Positions 61,700 to 64,000 of a DNA stretch of 64,000 nucleotides are shown here, piece after piece; within the stretch, counting starts at the first letter, position 1, and each line of letters opens with the position of its first letter. Below the pieces are notes generated by a model. It was not told where the DNA came from. It ran no database searches and worked only from the letters and a program-made list of their open reading frames with translations. A program made the translations under genes and the position numbers. This DNA is from a phage: sequence record PZ172995.1, one strand, 5' to 3'.

Positions 61700-61769
61700 G
61701 TAAATTACTAATCAACGGGAGGTAATGACCTCCCCACTAAGTAAAGTCCTTAAACTAGGAGATTCAAAA
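61700..61769 (+). promoter_or_regulatory. early intergenic cassette type 2
   Basis: TAAATTACTAATCAACGGGAGGTAATGACCTCCCC (hairpin ~61717-61735) + ACTAAGTAAAGTCCTTAAACTAGGAGATTCAAAAATG; TTGACA boxes at ~61572-61600 upstream. Confidence 0.55.
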
Positions 61770-62300
61770 ATGAACAAGTTCAAAGCTATCAATTACATTC
61801 GTTCGAGTAGCATCATGTCAAAACCTGTTAAAGATACCTATGAATTTCGTTGCAATGGGGTGCATTTTGCAACCATCACCAAATCAGAAAACGGAGCTTA
61901 TTACATCCATCGCCGTAATGTTGCAACCGTTGTTGTCTCTCATTTTATGCAAGCTGTCGCGGAACTTCTCCCGATGTTTTTAGGGCTTTACTTGGATGAG
62001 TGTAAAAACGTTCACAATCACGTTAAAAACCTTTTAAACAGCTATAAAATGGCTTATGAACGTTCTATCAAGTCATTGAACAAGTTTTACAACGCACCTG
62101 AAAATACTGTGTCAATAGCCTATGGTGTAAGCGGTGAAATGGTAAACTTATCCAATGTGGAAGAAATCAAGCTGCATGATTTACGCCCTAACGGTTACGC
62201 TAAAACCATCGGTGAAGGTTTAACTTTCAATATCAAGAACTTAGAAAAAACTTTAAAAGATATTGAAAAAGATATTGACGAGACAATCAAAAGTCTGTAA
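61770..62300 (+). CDS. early protein
   Basis: Start set at MNKFKAIN... after cassette SD (ORF-track frame 61725..62300). Confidence 0.5.
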   Translation: MNKFKAINYIRSSSIMSKPVKDTYEFRCNGVHFATITKSENGAYYIHRRNVATVVVSHFMQAVAELLPMFLGLYLDECKNVHNHVKNLLNSYKMAYERSIKSLNKFYNAPENTVSIAYGVSGEMVNLSNVEEIKLHDLRPNGYAKTIGEGLTFNIKNLEKTLKDIEKDIDETIKSL

Positions 62301-62366
62301 ATTGTCAATCAACGGGGAGGGAATGACCTTCCCCACTAAACAAAGTCCTAAACTGGAGTTATCAAG
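62301..62366 (+). promoter_or_regulatory. early intergenic cassette type 2
   Basis: GTCTGTAAATTGTCAATCAACGGGGAGGGAATGACCTTCCCC (hairpin ~62314-62334) + ACTAAACAAAGTCCTAAACTGGAGTTATCAAGATG. Confidence 0.55.
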
Positions 62367-62630
62367 ATGGAAAACGTCGAACTGACCACACTTTTACAAA
62401 TTGCAACCGACAAAGAGGATGTAGCATTATTCCACCGTATCGAAAGTGATTTGTTCAATGGTGAAATCATTAAAGAATCTTACGAAGTGGTCGGATTCAA
62501 AGATGGTAAATCATTTGGATTCTTTGACCTCGACAAAGGCAACGCTATTACAAAGTATGATGTTTTATCTTGTGAGATTCTGACAAAATACAACGAAAAA
62601 AGACTTGCAACATACGCCAACATGCAGTAA
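62367..62630 (+). CDS. small early protein
   Basis: 87 aa after cassette. Confidence 0.5.
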   Translation: MENVELTTLLQIATDKEDVALFHRIESDLFNGEIIKESYEVVGFKDGKSFGFFDLDKGNAITKYDVLSCEILTKYNEKRLATYANMQ

Positions 62631-62695
62631 ATTACTAATCAACGGGAGGGATAACCTCCCTACTAAGTAAAGTCCTTAAACTAGGAGATTCTAAA
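62631..62695 (+). promoter_or_regulatory. early intergenic cassette type 2
   Basis: TAAATTACTAATCAACGGGAGGGATAACCTCCC (hairpin ~62644-62660) + TACTAAGTAAAGTCCTTAAACTAGGAGATTCTAAAATG. Confidence 0.55.
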
Positions 62696-62944
62696 ATGGC
62701 AACTATCCGCGCAATTGTAAATTCTTATGGCTGCTACACTCTGGACGTTAAATTTGATATAGGTGGGACCGATGAGTGTTTCGAACTGGTGAAAACAGTC
62801 ATTAAACAAGTTATCCCAGACTATAACCCTACTGATGACTTCTGGAAAGATGCAGTAAAAGAGGCGTTGAACGATGAATATCATTACCATTATTGGGGTG
62901 ATTTGATTGTCTCCCTGTACTACAATAAACAAGGTTGCAACTAA
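62696..62944 (+). CDS. small early protein
   Basis: 82 aa; last ORF before ~1 kb non-coding repeat region. Confidence 0.5.
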   Translation: MATIRAIVNSYGCYTLDVKFDIGGTDECFELVKTVIKQVIPDYNPTDDFWKDAVKEALNDEYHYHYWGDLIVSLYYNKQGCN

Positions 62945-62982
62945 TCGACGCAACGGGGCTAAATAGCCCCAGATACCTTTAT

Positions 62983-63006
62983 AGCCCCTTAAATGGGGCT
63001 TTTTTA
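62983..63006 (+). terminator. rho-independent terminator
   Basis: AGCCCC-TTAAAT-GGGGCT followed by TTTTTT; preceded by second hairpin GGGGCTAAATAGCCCC at ~62955-62970. Confidence 0.65.
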
Positions 63007-63049
63007 CGTCTTAACAAATCCCTATACAACCCTTTTCCTTTCCTTTCCA

Positions 63050-63700
63050 GAATCTATCCCATACCTTAAAAGCAATAACTCTATAGCTTACTCTATAGCC
63101 CCTTATCAAATCAACTTAAATATAAGCCCATAACCCGAAAGGGAAGGGCAACCATTTAAACGCTCTATAAAGCCCTATAACAGCCTTATCAACCTAACTT
63201 AAGGGATTGCATTACCTCACCCTTAAAAGCCCTTTATAAAGCTTCCCAGAGCCTTAAAAGAATCTTATAAGGGTGTAAGCTTTATTATCTCGTTAGCTAT
63301 CTTGTGAATGGTTAAACAACCCCTTGATAGTAACTGAAAAGTATGTTATAGGGGCTATAAAGTTACTTTGAAGTAGTTTAAAAGTTACTTAAAAGTTACG
63401 TAAATGCTAGCCCCCTTAACATTTTCTTAACAATTTCTTAACAATCCCTACATAGTTATGCTTTTAAGGTACTTGTTAGCAACTTGTTAGCCCCTTGTTA
63501 AATCTCTGTTAAAACCACGTAAAAGCCTTGTAAGAGCCTTTGACATAGCCTATAAAGCCTCTGTAAAGCCCTATAAATAGCTTTCTGTATAGTTGGGGTG
63601 TAATTACTAGGAAGAGACTAAAAAGAGCTTATAAGGAGCTATAAAGGGCTTTTAAGAGGGCTATTTAAAGGGTCACTAAGAGAGAAAGGGAACGATAAGA
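63050..63700. repeat. dispersed short direct repeats of CTATAAAG(C/G)C family in gene-free region
   Basis: About ten copies or variants (CTCTATAAAGCCCTATAA, CTTTATAAAGC, GGCTATAAAGTTAC, CCTATAAAGCCTCTGTAAAGCCCTATAAATAGC, GAGCTATAAAGGGC ...). Confidence 0.6.
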
Positions 63701-63995
63701 AAAGAGATAGTGACCATGTTAATAGCTTGTTAAAAAGATTAAACACTTGTTAGAAACTTGTTAATTATCTTAACAAAATAACTCTTTAAAATTAACTTGT
63801 TAGCTCTTGTTAGTCATCTGTTAAGACACTGTAAAGCCTATGTATCAACTGTTAAGAAACTGTTAAGTTCTTGTTAAAACTGTTAAGAATCTGTTAAGAC
63901 CTCTGAAGAGATGTTAAGAGGTTGTAAGAACTGTTAAGAGATTGTTAATGATATTTTAAAATTCTGCAAAGGGGATGTTACAGGGCTGTTAAGGG
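63420..63995. repeat. iteron-like array of CTTGTTA(A/G) / CTGTTAAG repeats, ~11-13 bp periodicity
   Basis: Two inverted copies (TTCTTAACAA x2, ~63428-63450), four copies ~63471-63510, and at least 15 copies from ~63725 to 63995 (e.g. CAACTGTTAAGAAACTGTTAAGTTCTTGTTAAAACTGTTAAGAATCTGTTAAGAC). Confidence 0.7.
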
Positions 63996-64000
63996 CTACC

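Noticed and set aside
27346-62953. Antisense or nested ORFs in the plus-strand block (for example 29944..30159, 30283..30495, 30583..30834, 31743..32129, 35654..35896, 36437..36625, 45178..45489, 46778..47305, 50554..50769, 52207..52431, 53098..53358, 54446..54718, 56044..56244, 56256..56450, 57220..57477, 59596..59814, 59831..60112, 62681..62953)
   Set aside because: They overlap conserved enzymes or cassette-defined small genes on the opposite strand or in another frame; several fall in repeat-rich non-coding DNA.
63420-64000. CRISPR array interpretation of the terminal repeat region
   Set aside because: Repeat units are only about 8 bp with spacing of about 11-13 bp, far below CRISPR repeat and spacer sizes, and no cas genes are present.

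Overview
This 64 kb window reads as one contiguous segment of a virulent tailed dsDNA phage genome, AT-rich and densely coding, with no rRNA, tRNA, CRISPR array or integrase recognised by eye. It has three transcription blocks. (1) 1-15718 (+): a contractile-tail-like morphogenesis block with sheath-like and tube-like genes, a chaperone pair with a -1 frameshift site, tape measure, putative baseplate genes and two tail fibers with HxH-repeat C-termini. (2) 15755-26416 (-): thymidylate synthase, DHFR, small early-type genes, ATP-dependent DNA ligase and a family A DNA polymerase, bounded by a bidirectional terminator and a divergent promoter region. (3) 26644-62944 (+): replication and nucleotide metabolism genes (dNMP kinase, primase-helicase, SSB-like, FEN, NrdA/NrdB/redoxin, NrdD/NrdG), a Prs-like plus NAMPT-like pair, rIIA/rIIB-like genes, a spanin pair, a TARG1-like macrodomain gene, and about 20 small early genes separated by two families of repeated intergenic cassettes. 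The last ~1 kb is non-coding and packed with short direct repeats. Gene content resembles Felix O1-like myoviruses, but that is inference from content only. The strongest candidates for an accessory or anti-defence system are the Prs-like/NAMPT-like pair (possible NAD+ reconstitution), the macrodomain protein, and a two-gene module at 19621-20666 bracketed by duplicated non-coding elements. Coordinates of CDS follow the supplied ORF track (some starts adjusted to internal Met with a visible RBS); coordinates of hairpins, promoters and repeats were read by eye and may be off by a base or two. Structural assignments other than tape measure and tail fibers rest on size and gene order, not motifs.
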